Source: Sphaerodactylus townsendi (lineage: Eukaryota). From it: a stretch of DNA of 64,000 nucleotides. Positions 23,308 through 36,332 of the stretch are shown in pieces. Position numbers and translations under genes: made by a program. Every line of letters starts with the position of its first letter. Position 1 is the first letter of the stretch. The stretch lies in contig NC_059435.1 in the NCBI RefSeq assembly GCF_021028975.2, forward strand, positions 78,244,001 through 78,308,000. The letters run 5' to 3'. The notes beneath the pieces were generated by a model. It saw nothing but the letters and a program-made list of their open reading frames with translations, ran no database searches and had not been told where the DNA came from.

Positions 23308-23614
23308 GAGGGTCAGAGAGGGAGTGCCGGATGAAACAGACAAGTCTTTGTCTACTGGTGCAAGATAAAGAATAGAGGTGGCCAGAGGCATCTCCGGGGG
23401 GGTGGGGGAGGGTTGGGGGGGGTGTTCTGTAATTTTAGTATCACAACCCTGACGGCCCTTTCTTGGTTTGCCCCCCATTTAGCCTCAGATGGACGAGGCA
23501 CCCAAAGGAGAGTCCCTGAAGATAGCCAACATGGCCAGGTGGGTTCACATGGGACTGGTTGGTCCTGAAGGTATCACAAGCCCTGAATGCATTTTAGGCA
23601 GGCAAAGGACATAC

Positions 23615-23870
23615 CAGATGTTGCAGCTTTTCCAGATCCTGCTGCCAGCTGGAAGCGCCTCCTCCCCATCCATGCAGGTGCACATCTCTGGCCGGATGCA
23701 CTGAACCCCGTCATCATCTAGTACCAGACCTGCTGGGCAGTTGCATCCAGACACACAGACCCCACCAAGATCTTGGCAAGCACCGAGAGCTTCCATGCGC
23801 AGGTCAGCGCAGGTCAGTCCGCAGGGGGCAGCACATTCTTGATAGACCTGGCCCCCAGAGCACTGCACCG
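23615..23870 (-). CDS. SSPO: SSPO coding exon 17 (TIL)
   Basis: VQCSGGQVYQECAAPCGLTC...KSCNI; AG/GT. Confidence 0.94.
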
Positions 23871-23906
23871 CTGTGGGGTTAGAGGAAAAGGTGCAGCCTT
23901 AAGTTT

Positions 23907-24202
23907 AGAAGAAGAGTTTGGATTCATACACCACCTTTCTCTTCTGTAAGGAAACTTGAGGTGGCTCACAAACTCCTTTCCCTTCCTCTCCCCACAACAG
24001 ACACCTTGTGAGGTAGGTGGGGCTGAGAGAGTTCCAAAGAACTGTGACTAGCCCAGGGTCACCCAGCAGGAATGTAGGAGTGCGGAAACACATCTGGTTC
24101 ACCAGATAAGCCTCCGCCACTCAGGTGGAGGAGTGGGGAATCAAACCCGGTTCTCCAGATTAGAATCCACCTGCTCTGAACTGCTACACCACGCTGGCTC
24201 TC
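23907..24202 (-). mobile_element. Same SINE family (different subfamily)
   Basis: GAAGAAGAGTTTGGATT...GGGAATCAAACCCGGTTC. Confidence 0.8.
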
Positions 24203-24797
24203 AGTGAAGAAGGCTGACCTGAGTTAGTGGGGCTTTTCCTCATCCCCTCTCCCCACTTTTCTTTAGCCCATGCTCACCTGTCCTCTCAGCCTCTCAGCCA
24301 CTCCAAGAGCCTGTGTGTGTGCAGTGGCTTGAGAAGGCATCCCCATCATGGTGCCCACAGATCAAGTGGGCTTTTACCCAGCACCGCCTCTCACTGGCTA
24401 GGCAGACTTTTTTTAAAAAAATATGCTGTTTTAGCAGCAGCAGCCACCACTGCACAAGAATCTTGACTGGGTGCCTGAAGGCAAGCCACAGCAGCCATTC
24501 TGTGGCCAGCTTTCCCTCCTGTGGTGGCCATTTTGCAGCTGCGCCCCGCTCCCCCCCCCCAGTCAGAATTCTGAAGAATTCCAAGCTCACAAAGGTTGGG
24601 GGGGAGCAATGGGTCGCAGAGTTGGAAATGGAGCAGGACTCAAAACTCAGTCATAAAGAGTGTCCCTTGAATCTCAGCTTATACCTTACCTTCAAGAGGG
24701 TTGTAGTGAAGATACACCAGGTAGGGCAGCTCCTCAGAACAAGAGCATAGAGTGGCCCTCCCACTCCCCACTCTACCTCTTTATTGTTCTCATATAG

Positions 24798-24898
24798 CCA
24801 TGGTGGTGAACCTTTGGCACTCCAGATGTTATGGACTACAATTCCCATCAGGAATTGTAGTCCATAACATTTGGAGTGCCAAAGGTTCACCACCACTG
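24798..24898. mobile_element. Palindromic hAT MITE, centre deleted
   Basis: Exact TSD TCATATAG. Confidence 0.87.
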
Positions 24899-24965
24899 TC
24901 ATATAGCCCGTATCCTCCATGGCCATACGATGGCGTCGCCTGCCACAGCCTTTCCAGAAACTCAC

Positions 24966-25131
24966 AGCAAAAGCTCTGATTTCTCCAGGAGACGGGGGCT
25001 CCCTCTTGGGCACACTCTCTGGCGTAGGCAGCCACAGCATGGCAGAGGCAGTCCTTATCAGCTGGGCAGCCACACACATCATAGCGACAGAGCTGGAGGA
25101 AGGGCTCCCTCTCAACCAGGTCATGGCAGGG
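24966..25131 (-). CDS. SSPO: SSPO coding exon 16 (C8)
   Basis: PCHDLVEREPFLQLCRYDVC...WRNQSFC; AG/GT. Confidence 0.94.
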
Positions 25132-25747
25132 CTGCGGAGATGAGGTAGAAGAGATTTGATCGCATGCACAGGCTGTGAGGTTCCCAGGTCCAAGGGACTG
25201 CTTGGCTGCCAAGAAGATGATTCAATATTCTGCCTTCCCCCAATAAGCCAGATTCGAGTTTAGTAGTACCTTAGAGACCCACAAGATGTTCAGGCCATGA
25301 ACTTCCATCTGACAAAGGGAACTTTTGCTCTCAAAAGCTCACACCCCAAAAATTTTCTTGTTCTCTAAGGTGCTCCATTCAGGGCTCAAATCTAGCTTTT
25401 CAACCACAGATCAACATGGCTCAGTTTAGGAATGACACACCAGCATTGGGGCCCCATGTCCATAATGTGGCAAATTGTACCTTTGCCGTGGCCATGGTTC
25501 TGCTCACAGGAAAGCAAACACTTTCCATGTAGATGGTTTCAGTTCAGGACAAACAAAAGCAGCTCAGAAAGATGCCTCAATGGACTGCCTCAGTAAGTCG
25601 GAGAGAAGCTTTTTTGGTCTGGCCAACCCCCACCCCTCCCCGCCCCGCCCCGCCAGCCCCAACATCCTGGAGGGAAAGCATCCTGCAACACTTTCAAGAG
25701 AACTGACTCGGCAAGAGTGAGGGCTTCCCACAGGGGAAGTAGCCATT

Positions 25748-25895
25748 CAGGGGTAGGGAACCTGCGGCTCTCCAGTTGTTCAGGAACTACAATTCCCATC
25801 AGCCTCTGTCAGCATGGCCAATTGGCCATGCTGGTAGGGGCTGATGGGAATTGTAGTTCCTGAACATCTGGAGAGCCGCAGGTTCCCTACCCCTG
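25748..25895. mobile_element. Palindromic hAT MITE, variant TIR CAGGGGTAGGGAACCT
   Basis: Foldback with the same ACTACAATTCCCATCAG / GCATGGCCAATTGGCCATGC core. Confidence 0.82.
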
Positions 25896-26184
25896 CCATA
25901 GGTAGTTTCTACACAGCACACAACTAACATGTGTAACACATTATTAATGAACCTGGTTGCAAATAGTCTTGGTTGCTGTGACTCCTTTGGTTTCTCCAAA
26001 AAGATTGCTAGTCTAGCCATTTTTATAAAACCAGGGTTGAGGGAAATATAACAGGCTGACCCCTCTTTGGAGAAGATCTCTATGCAAAATCCACCCCCCC
26101 CCCCCGAATGGGATCAATAGCTTCCTCAGCCCATTATATTTGGGCTGTGTGGAAACCACCATAGCTGCCTTATTCCTAGTCGAT

Positions 26185-26482
26185 GAAGAAGAAGAGTTTG
26201 GATTTATATCCCCCCTTTCTCTCCTGCAGGAGACTCAAAGGGGCTGACAATCTCCTTGCCCTTCCCCCCTCACAACAAACACCCTGTGAGTTGGGTGGGG
26301 CTGAGAGAGCTCCAAGGAGCTGTGACTAGACCAAGGTCACCCAGCTGGCGTGTGTTGGAGTGCACAGGCTAATCTGAATTCCCCAGATAAGCCTCCACAG
26401 CTCAGGCGGCAGAGCTGGGAATCAAACCCGGTTCCTCCAGATTAGATACACGAGCTCTTAACCTCCTACGCCACTGCTGCTC
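26185..26482 (-). mobile_element. Same SINE family, young copy
   Basis: Nearly identical to 965-1287. Confidence 0.8.
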
Positions 26483-26752
26483 ATCCTTTCTGCCAAGTTT
26501 GTAAAACTCCAACTGCCAAATACTTGCTCCAAAACAACAGCCCCATCACCCCTGGAAGCTGCTGAAGGCTCCCATCCGAGGAGCAGCCTCTTTCCTTCTC
26601 GTGAGAAGAAGGATGAGGCTGAAGACGGTGGTCACAGCAGGATACTGGGTGGGAGAGGCTGTCCTTTAGGGACACGTCATGTGGCCCAAGGTCTGCCCCA
26701 GATAAGGCCCTACCCCTGTCCCTTCACCAGGTTGCTGGGCCTCCTCTCCTAC

Positions 26753-26974
26753 CTGGAAAGAGGGACTATGGAGGATTTCGCAGGCGGCCTCTGCAAACTG
26801 CCTGCGTTGGGTGTAAGTACTGCAGGGGTCAAAGGTGAAAGCCCGAACGGAGGGGCAGTCGTGGGAGACACGGAACTTGTTGGCAAAGGTAGTCACACTG
26901 GACTCCACGTCCCCCTCAGGGGTGGTGAATTCATCTTGCTGGTTCCAGCTATAGGTGCCACAAAGCCCTCGGAC
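26753..26974 (-). CDS. SSPO: SSPO coding exon 15
   Basis: VRGLCGTYSWNQQDEFTTPEGDVE...ACEILHSPSFQ; AG/GT. Confidence 0.94.
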
Positions 26975-27819
26975 CTGGAGAGAGAACACCACAGAGATTG
27001 GGGGGGGGGAATGCAAAGAGGGGGCAAGTGCCAGGACCTCCCAAGTGATGGCAGAGCTACAGGGGCTGGAAAACCCTCCAAAGTCCTGGATCGGCCAGTG
27101 GTGTCTATGCGTAAATGTGGAGACATCTGGGCAGCATCCACGCATGGCTGAGGCTGCAGCACTAATTCCCAAATGAATGTTCCCAAGCAGATGACCCAGT
27201 TCCACCGGGAAACGTTTCCAGGTGTGAAGGTTGCCTTGGCTGCCCAACCTTTTCCTCACACCCTCACAATCCAAAACGTTTAAGCTTGATGGCCATCTGT
27301 CAGGGGTGCTTTGACTGTGTGTTCTTTCAATGCAGTGTGTTGGGCTTGATGGCCCTTCCTTGGGGTCTCTTCCAACTCTATGATTCTAGGATATAGGGCT
27401 GCCAATCTCCTGGAGGGTCTTGGGGAGCCCCTAGAACCACAACCGATCTTCAGGCTACAAAGATCAGTTTCCCTGAAGAAAATGGCTGCTTTGGAAGGTG
27501 GGCTCTGCAGCAACGTACGCTGCTCAAGTTCCTCCCCACTCCAAACCCCACCCCCCACCCCAGACTCCACTCTTAAAATAATCTTCAGCATTACAATATA
27601 GCCTGAGGCCTGGAAGTGAGAAATCTGCAAAAAACCCTAAGCCAGAGGTGAGGTTTGCAAAGAGGCCCTTACAGCACATCCCGTGGCTACCCAGTCCTCC
27701 CCCTCAAGTTGAAGAGAGACCTGTTTGCCCCACTGGGCTCCTCTGGCCTCTGCAAATTGCAGCCCCACAGCTGGCTGTCTCGCCCTGGAGCAGCAGGGGT
27801 CAGGCTGGGCCAGGCTCAC

Positions 27820-27992
27820 CTTGTTGGCAAACTGGGGCTGGAGGGTGATGTAAACCACAGGGAAGTCTGTGCCCCACAGCAGATGGGCACCAAAGGTCTG
27901 GAGAAGCAGAAAAGATGAGGAGGCACGATGCACAGTCAGATCAGCGCTGGCATAGGGGAGGACAACTTCCTGGCCGTTCACCAACACCTCCC
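27820..27992 (-). CDS. SSPO: SSPO coding exon 14
   Basis: EVLVNGQEVVLPYASADLTVHRASSSFLLLQTFGAHLLWG; AG/GT. Confidence 0.94.
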
Positions 27993-28584
27993 CTGGAAAG
28001 AGGAGGCAGGGAGAGAGGGGAGAAAGAGACATATAGGACACCTGACATTTTGAGCTTGCCTGGTAGAAACACACATATGCATGTATGCACGCGTGCGTGC
28101 ACGCACACGCACACACACCCCTGAGAGCTGAAAGTGACTTCTGTTTGCTGAAGGGGGGCCCATCTTTTTCCAGTCCCAAATCTCTCACCGCAACCCCTTC
28201 TTGCAGGGTCATTGTCCACCGGGCAGTCACAGATGTATGGTAGGATTGCCAAACTCTGGGGTGGGAGTGGGATCTAGAATTTCAACTGATCTCCAGATCA
28301 GGTGTCCCAGGAGAAATGGCAACACGTCAGGATGGACCGTATGGTGTTATACACTGCTGAGGTTCCTCCCCAAACCCCACCCTCTCCAGGCCCCACTCCC
28401 AAATCCCCAGGAATTCCCCACCTCAGACCTGGCAACAGTGTGTGAAGCTGGCCGCCTTCTTTGTTCCAGGCACTTGTGGTTCTTCTTGTGGCTTTCCTCC
28501 GAATGAAGGACTTCTGCCAAGGGCACAACCACCCCCCATCTCACTTCCCCCTGTATCCCCAGCCACCCTCCCTCTCCTCCTCAC

Positions 28585-28711
28585 CTGTGTGGGACAGCCG
28601 AGCAGACACCTGATGGATGGTGACGGTCACGGCCCGGAGGCAGCTCACGGCTCCTTGGTTCCCACACGCTTCATTCTCTGCTGAAACCTGAAGTTTCCCA
28701 TCCACAAAATC
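28585..28711 (-). CDS. SSPO: SSPO coding exon 13
   Basis: DFVDGKLQVSAENEACGNQGAVSCLRAVTVTIHQVSARLSHT; translated by hand; AG/GT. Confidence 0.92.
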
Positions 28712-29129
28712 CTGGAGCGGGGCGGAAGGACAGTTTCTCCATCAGAGAGACCAAGGGATAGTTTACTTCTGACTCTCCTCACTAGCAATGGAGGTGGCAG
28801 AGCTCAGTCATCATCAAAGAAAGGCCGGACAAGGTCCCAATCTTCCAGCTGCCCACCCCGCAAAATGCATTAAGCCTTGTATTAAGGCTGGAAGCAAGAT
28901 GGAGGGACAAGCCCTCCCAGCATGGCTTGGGCCAGGCAAAGATGGCTGACCTTGAATAAAGGTGGCCTGTCCGGCCTCGCTGTGGAGAGTCTTCCTCCCA
29001 TGATTCTGTCTCACCACAGTGATTCTGTCTCACCACAGTGGGGTGAGGCTCCACTGAGGTCAGCAGAGATGGGCATCAAACCAGGCAGAGTCCTACCCTC
29101 TCCATGGAGGTCTCTGCCGGGCTCCTCAC

Positions 29130-29268
29130 CTGCACGAGGACGTACTGGCAGGTGCCATGGAAGGAGTAGCGCTTGTGATCAAAGGTCAGGTAGTGAGAGT
29201 CACCAAACACAGCGCATTCTCTGGCACACTGGTCTCGGGAGCAAAGCCAGCGGCCCCCTCGGCACGTG
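29130..29268 (-). CDS. SSPO: SSPO coding exon 12 (VWD2 start)
   Basis: [30 protein letters not shown]; AG/GT. Confidence 0.94.
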
Positions 29269-29791
29269 CTGGAGAAAAAGAATAATGGCAGGCCGGATGA
29301 TCGCAGGGCTGCCAGCCCCCTGGTCTGGGAGGGACACCCTCTCTGCCGCCCTTCCTTCAGCCACACTGCTGCTTGGGGGTCTTCCCACACACCTCCGCCC
29401 TCCCATCCGTGACCTTCTCTTTCTGGCTGCTGTTACCATGAAACCTGAGCAAGACTTACAGAACTGCACCCTTCAGCTGCCGGATCTTTCACTTTTACAC
29501 CATGCCTGTTGTTTTTGTCAGCATTCTATTCCTGGCAGTGGAATGTTTATGGACATGCTGTGACATCACAGCAACAGTCAAATGATTGAGGGGACACTCA
29601 CAGACAGTGAAGTCAAATGGGGCAATGGAACCACTCCAGCAGCTCATCCCAATATCTGTCCCCCTCTCCCAGTCAGGGCACCAGGTGCCGCCCTGGTTTC
29701 AGGGTCAGGCCAACTGTGTTCCTTCAGGGGCTCAAGGAGTAGCCCCCCACCTCACCCAGGGCTCCTCCCATGGGGTAGCACAGAGCCTCAC

Positions 29792-30032
29792 CACTGATTG
29801 CAGCCCTGATGCAAGGCCTCCCCAGGGGCATACTTCTGACGCCAGTGGAAGCAGGGGCACTGGCTCTCCGGAACACAGGCCCCCTCATCCAGGTAGAGGC
29901 CCGGCGGGCATTCACAGCCGCTCACACACTCATTCCGGCAGTCCCCCTCCTCGGCAGGGCCCACAGCGGCACAGCTGGCGGGGCATGAAGAGACGCAGTC
30001 TGAGTACGCTTTCCCCTGGCTGCAGGACTTCT
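29792..30032 (-). CDS. SSPO: SSPO coding exon 11 (TIL)
   Basis: EKSCSQGKAYSDCVSSCPASC...GCNQ; AG/GT. Confidence 0.94.
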
Positions 30033-30486
30033 CTGTGAGAAGGGAGGAACAGGAAGCATCAAGCGTGAGAGTTGGGGGATGCCAGGAGAGGGGCCGGTGC
30101 ATCAAGAGAGAGGCCCTCGAGGCTCAGCCCACAAAGCTACACCCAACAGGCTGTGGCTACTAGCAAACAGACTTTATGGCGGTTGCATCCAGCCCCAGTA
30201 GAAGCAGGTTGTCGGATATGCCTGCAGAATTCTCAGAGGGGTCAGAGAAATGGGGGTGGGGAGCTAGCCACTCTTCAGACGTATACGATGCATTTGCATT
30301 TATTTCCCTGCACCCTGTTTTTATTCCCAGTTGGGACTCTAAGTAACTTTAGAACATTATTCTCCCCTCCTCCAACAATCCTGTGAGGTAGGCTATGTTG
30401 AGAATGTGTCAGCCCCTCTTTGCCATGGTGGCTGGCAGGTAGGTCTCATGCGCAACAGGATGCGCGCACTTCCTATATCCCCCTAC

Positions 30487-30634
30487 CACAGAATCCAGGC
30501 TGCCTCCAGTTGAGAAAAACGCGCTGCTGGGCACACTCGCGGGCATAGCTGGCAAAGGTCTCGCAGAGGGCATCTGCCCCAGCTCCACTGCACTGCAAGT
30601 ACATGCAGGTTTCATAGACTCCGCTGGGGTCCAC
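30487..30634 (-). CDS. SSPO: SSPO coding exon 10 (C8)
   Basis: VDPSGVYETC...CETFASYARECAQQRVFLNWRQPGFC; AG/GT. Confidence 0.94.
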
Positions 30635-30747
30635 CTGGCAACGAGAGGGGCAGTCCGTACATCCCAAGAGCGCCGACTCTGGTCTGGCAAGTGGGGAGGG
30701 TGAGGCAGGTTGGCAGCTGGAGAGAACAGGCAGGGTTGGCTCCTCAC

Positions 30748-30876
30748 CTCTGAGTGGCACTGGCTGAATGGGCTGGACATCAGTCTCTGGCACACGGACG
30801 CTGCCTCCGGCTGAGTGGCACGGCCTCCCCCCAGGTCACAGCGGTGGGTTTCCTCTGCAGCATCTGCGCAGGAGCT
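30748..30876 (-). CDS. SSPO: SSPO coding exon 9
   Basis: SSCADAAEE...VCQRLMSSPFSQCHSE; AG/GT, 129 nt. Confidence 0.92.
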
Positions 30877-32018
30877 CTGAGGAAGGCAGAGGAGAAAAAC
30901 ACGGAAAGGTGGCAGTTTTTCTGCCGCATCCCATATTCTTGCCCCAGGTTCTTCCTTTCAGGTGGATTTAAAAGAAGAATCTGAACTCCCTAGTTTAAAC
31001 ACCATTGAAAGTGATGCTGTTTGGGGGTGGATTCCACTGGAGGTGTTTTGTGAGAGATGATGCCGACATTTGTTTGGTCAATGTTTTGCTGGGGGTGATT
31101 TGTGAGAGATTTACATGTTTAATACCCACTTGCACTGGCTTGGAGTTGTTTCTCAGGCTAACAACCTACCTCATAGGGTTGTTGTGATTAGGAAATTAGG
31201 AAAAGAGTTGGTGGGAGACAGCCATGTATGTTTTGCTGGGAGTGGGAGGTATTTTGTGAGCTGGTGCAAAAAATCATTGTTTGGTCATGGTAGGGGAGGG
31301 TGGCTGCCCATACCCCGGGGGGGGGGGGGGCGCTCAGGTTTTGTCCCTGGGCGCCAGTTTGCCTAGGTATGCCTCTGCCCCTGGGCCAAAGTCCGCTCTA
31401 TAGCAAGCTTCCATGGCAGAGTGGAATTCTAACTTGGGTCTCCCAGGTCCTAGTCTGAGATCCTAACCGCTGCACCGAACTAGGTCTACCTAAACAGGGG
31501 CTTTTTCTTCAACCCAAATGCAGGAATTGCTCTCCAAGGCTCCCCAAGGAAGGAATACAAATGATTGGAGTCAAGCAAAGGTGCTCCTGTGGATCCACAA
31601 AGTTTCCAAGGAAAGAACAATGCTGAGGAAGAGTTACACCAGGACCTCTGGAACTTGCCTCCATTCTGGGGGAAACTCTACACCCTCAGTCCATGCTTTG
31701 CTACCTCCGGAGCATATTGAGGCAACAGTGGTCCAGGGGACAGTGACTTTGGCTGCCTCTAGGTCACAGCAATGCTGTCAGGGATCTGTGGATGCCTCCA
31801 CATTCAGCCCAGCTTCAAATCCACTGCTGCCCCTTTGGTGGCCTGGGTTGCTTGCCCTGGAGGGCTGGCTGGCCAGCTGGCCATAGGCTCCAGAAGCCCT
31901 CACTGGGTGCCTTCCACCCAGCTGGGCTTCCCTTTCTATACTGCAGCACTTCTCTCTGCTGGTTTTTCAAGTGCCCTGAGACAGGCAGCAACAAGGCCAA
32001 ACCCTCCTGGGAACCTAC

Positions 32019-32101
32019 CGAGGCAGCATCCGAGACACGCCATGAGTTGCCAAAACTAGCCACCGATGTGGCCGTGTCCCCTCCCACACGCTGAAAGTCG
32101 T
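32019..32101 (-). CDS. SSPO: SSPO coding exon 8
   Basis: DDFQRVGGDTATSVASFGNSWRV; AG/GT. Confidence 0.93.
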
Positions 32102-32699
32102 CTGTGAGCATAAAGAGAGAGGCATGTCTGAGACTCAGTCAAGGAAGCCACAACCCCCACTTTGCAAGAACTGAGCAATTCTGGGGATGTTTGGGAGGTC
32201 CTTAATTCATAGAGTTGCCAGAATACACCTGATGGCACTTAATAACCTCCTCTGCCTTCAGGGGGCTCTATAGAGGCAGGAAGGGTGTTGCTACTGAAGG
32301 GTCAGAAGCCCACCAGTTGGGGTTGATCTCAGCCTGGCCGGGCTTTGTGCTTTGTGCACGCAGTCTGACCAGACCTTCTGGGGGAACCAGCTGGCCTGCC
32401 TCACCTTCAGCCCCTTGTAATAATTGGGTGCTGTCAAGTTGCAGTCAACTCAGGTCTCCGGGGAGTTTAAGGCAAGAGGTGTTCAGAGGTGGTTTGCTCT
32501 TGTCTGCTTCTGCATAGCAACCCTGGACTTCCTTGGTGGTCTCCCATCCAAATACTAACCGTGGCTGAGCCAGTTCATCTTTCATGGTCTGATGAGATTG
32601 AGCTAGTAAAGGCTATGCAGGCTGCCAGTCCCTTTGCTTACTGGCCAGAAACTGGACGGAAAAAAGGACAGCTCGGGTTTCCTGCGTCCAATGTGGATT

Positions 32700-32958
32700 A
32701 ATAGGGCTGTATCTGATATGTTGGTGTCCCCTGACAGGGCAGTACAAGGAGCCCTGTGAAGGGCTTTTCCCTCAAGGCAGCAATGACACCCCCTCCCTCA
32801 CTGTCCTGGTGAAGAAAAGTTTGAGAGGACTCTATAATAAGCTCGCTGTTATTGGTTTGATCTGTGAAGTTTTTAATATGCATATTGTACACCGCCCAGA
32901 GCCCTCCAAGGGTGGGTGGTATATTAAATTGAACCAATAAATAAATAAATAAATAAAA
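32700..32958 (+). mobile_element. L2 3' end fragment with (AAAT)n tail
   Basis: TGTACACCGCCCAGAGCCC shared with the 3' end of the 15661 LINE. Confidence 0.7.
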
Positions 32959-32968
32959 TGGTGGCTAC

Positions 32969-33127
32969 CTGCAGGGTTGTCGTTGTACAGCCCACACAGC
33001 CCTTGTGTAGTGCTTCTCAACTCTGCCCCTACAGTAACATAGACTGTGTCTCGTCCGTCAAACTTGATCCGAACTCCCAGGCTGCTCTCCACCAAGAGGA
33101 AGTCTCCCAGCCACCAGATGCTGACCC
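32969..33127 (-). CDS. SSPO: SSPO coding exon 7
   Basis: VSIWWLGDFLLVESSLGVRIKFDG...TQGLCGLYNDNPA; AG/GT. Confidence 0.94.
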
Positions 33128-34101
33128 CTGCAGAAGCAGAAGCAGAATCAGAGAAGGGCGAGGGCCGGAACTGAGGAGCAGGCAGCAATTCCAGATCTTC
33201 GCCGCAGGCACTGGAGCCCAACAGGCCCAGGTGACTCATTTCCTTGTCCCATGCGCCCATTTCCTCTTCAGCACGATTGCTGTTCCCTCTCAGGAAAACT
33301 TTCCTGCCTCCATGCTTTTCTGTACCACTGGGGTGGGGTGGGGATCATCCTCAGAGGAGGGAGGAGAGAGAATAAAAGCTCAGCTGGGCCAAAATTCTGC
33401 GCAAACATTTCCAAATTCAAACTTAAAAGTTTGGCCACTCTGAAATTTAAATTCTAGCTGGAGGGATAAACATTCAACTCTTTTTGATGGCCAAAACATC
33501 AGCTCTCTAAATCAAACACCTCCTTCAAGCTAAGCCCACTTCATAATTCCTAACTGGGAATGTTGACAAAGCTACACATAAGGATGACACGTACTTGACA
33601 CAAGCAAAGTCCACCACAGAGGTTTGCCGAGATCAGCTTGGCCTGGGCTCCCCCACAACAACACATCCACACCCACTCATGCTTCTGTGTGTGCTTCAGG
33701 CAGGCTTCTGACTGGCCCTTGGAGAACTGATTGACTGTTGTTAAAGCTGTGGCAGCTGTTTTGTGGCTAGTTCCGCCCAGGGATGCCAGCCTCCAGGTGG
33801 GACCTGGGGATTTCCTGTAATTACTGGGATCCGTCCGTTTCCCTGGAGAAACGGGGCTTTGGAGGGGTGGGCTCTGTGCCCCCCTGAGGTCCCCTCTCCA
33901 AGCCCCACCCTCTCCCGGATCCACTTCCACACCTCCATTGATCTCCCAGCTCAGAGAGTTGGCAAGCCTTGTTTCTTGTCCTTGTCTGCATAGAGTCTTC
34001 CAGCTCAACTGGGGAAGGGCTCAGAAGTCTCTTCTCCGCTGCAGCAGCTCTCCAAGGGGAAGCGGTGGGGCAAAGGCCTTTCCGCACAGGGAGCCACTCA
34101 C

Positions 34102-34204
34102 CTTTCTGCATCCATGGCTCCCCTTCTGGCACCACAGCACCGTTCACAGAGATGTTCCTGCCTTGCACCTCTACTGAACTGAGTCCAAACAACATGTGGA
34201 GGGT
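34102..34204 (-). CDS. SSPO: SSPO coding exon 6
   Basis: TLHMLFGLSSVEVQGRNISVNGAVVPEG; AG/GT. Confidence 0.92.
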
Positions 34205-34327
34205 CTGCCAGGAAAAGGGGGTGGGGAAATGTCAGGTATGTGGCAACCCTGTTCCTCAGCACTTCATACACTCCTTGGGTGCCTGCTCTTGTGTGAGCCA
34301 TCCACAGCGTCTTTCAGGACCCAGAAG

Positions 34328-34719
34328 CAGAGGTGGGATCCAGCAGGTTCTCACATGTTCCTGAGAGTAGGTTACTAATTATTTGCGTGTGCCGAGAGGG
34401 GGTTACTAATGGGTGATTTTGCCACGTGATTTTTGCCTTAGTTACACCCCTCCTCTCAGCAGTAGCGCGCAGAACTTGAAGCAGTCTAGCAGGAGGTGCA
34501 CCGGCGTGCATGGCAGCCTGCGCCTGCGTGCATTCGTTTCCCGCCCAAGGACCGGCACAGCGGCTGCATCCTTGCCACAGCCCTGCCCAGCAATGCCCTG
34601 CCCCTGGAATGCCTGGCCACGCCCCCGTCGTGCCCCGCCCAGCCCCATTGGCGCTACGCCACAGTTTGAATCCCACCACCATGAGAACCTGTTACTAAAA
34701 TTTTTGGATCCCACCACTG
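34328..34719. mobile_element. hAT non-autonomous element (long form)
   Basis: Exact TSD CCCAGAAG; close copy of 19826-20211. Confidence 0.88.
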
Positions 34720-36084
34720 CCCAGAAGGAGATGCTGATGATGCCACCCAGATGAATTGTCTACTGAGCATCCTACTTCTCGAGTAAAGGACTACGTTGCC
34801 TGGTGCATCCATGCAAGCATACAAATCCAAGCACAAATTTTTAAATGAGCAGCGGCAAGCTTCTAGCCCCCACTGTGCAGGACAAAAGATTGAGGAAAAT
34901 GGTGACTGCCAGTAGTCACAGTCCACAAAGAGCGTCCCTTGTGCGAAGGCCACCGAAAGGAATGGAAGCTCTGCAGTTTCTCCGGGGACAGATCCAAAAA
35001 ATCTGTTCAATCCAATGTGGGGGCTGATTCATGGACACCCCCCCCTTCACAACCCAGATCATTTTCTCACCCTTCCCCAAATTTTTCAGAAATCCAATTC
35101 AAGCATTTGGAAGGAAGAAAGATGGTTGGTCAAACAGACACAGACTGGCAACTGCAAATCACTCTTGTGTTTTCCCATTTCAAGGACTGGCTAATAAAAC
35201 CAGACTTCAACAGAATTGGACCCAAGCCGCTACCTAACCTCTGCTGCATCAGGGTATGGTTAGGGGGAGGAATTCCCTACATACTCGTGAACACTTTATC
35301 ATGGCACATTTTCTGGGTCATCAAACTCTTCATCTGGAGTTCATCCTGAGCTGTTCTTCTTAGACCTTTTCACATGGGTTATTTGCCCCGGGTTCAATAA
35401 CCCACTCCCCCACAGCCTAAAGGCACATTCTCACATCTCCTGGGTTTTCCCCAGATTTTCTCTGCTATTTCCCAAACTTGCTTTGCTGCAAAATTTTGGG
35501 AAAGATCACAGCAAAGCTTGGATGGCTTCTGTGTGGGTCGGAAAGTTCAGATGTTTCTGGTTCCACCCAACCTCATGGTGCCCATTTTCTCTCCCCCGCC
35601 CCACCCTCTTTCCTCCCTTTACCACCAAGGGGCTCTTTTGTTTTTTGGCAACTGAATATTATTATGCCATCACGATCGGTACATCAGGTTTTCTGAATCC
35701 GCAGATTTATTTTAACAGTAAGCCTCTAGATCCTTTTGTTGTGGTGACCTAAGGGGACAATAAAAGGGGCTATACAGACTTATTTTTAAAAAGAAAGCAA
35801 ACTGGGAATGCAGAGAACCTGATACCTGATTGTTATTCCACTAAACAGATATTCAATTACTTTTTTAAAAAAAACTGAAATAGGCCCAGTGGCGTGGGGT
35901 GGCCTCTGCCAGGGGACTTGGCAGGGAAAACCTGGTGAAGCCCACCTTGTGGAAGTCCCTTCCTGTTGTGCTGACCTGGCAGCTGAAGCATCTTTGAGGA
36001 AACCCGCACATGTCTGCACACTTTACCCTATTCAGTGTAAACTTTGAGTTGCATCCAGAGTACCCTGTTGCTGCCAGCCCTTAC

Positions 36085-36332
36085 CTTGTGGCAGAGACCA
36101 GGCAAGCAGCCCCCCTTGCCGGAGGAGACTTGGATGGCCCAGGTGCCATCAGATGCAGCGGCAAAAGTGTATGTGCAGTTCCCGTGGAAGCGAAAATGTT
36201 TGCCATCAAAGCTGCGATAGTGGACGCTGGCCCAGGTCATGCAGGTGGCGAAGGGGTGCCGGAGTTTCCCCAAGTGGCCCAGTAGTGCAGAGGGCGCTGA
36301 GGCTCTGAGAAGGAAGGGTGAAGGCAGGTCAC
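36085..36332 (-). CDS. SSPO: SSPO coding exon 5 (VWD1 start)
   Basis: ATCMTWASVHYRSFDGKHFRFHGNCTY; AG/GT. Confidence 0.94.
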
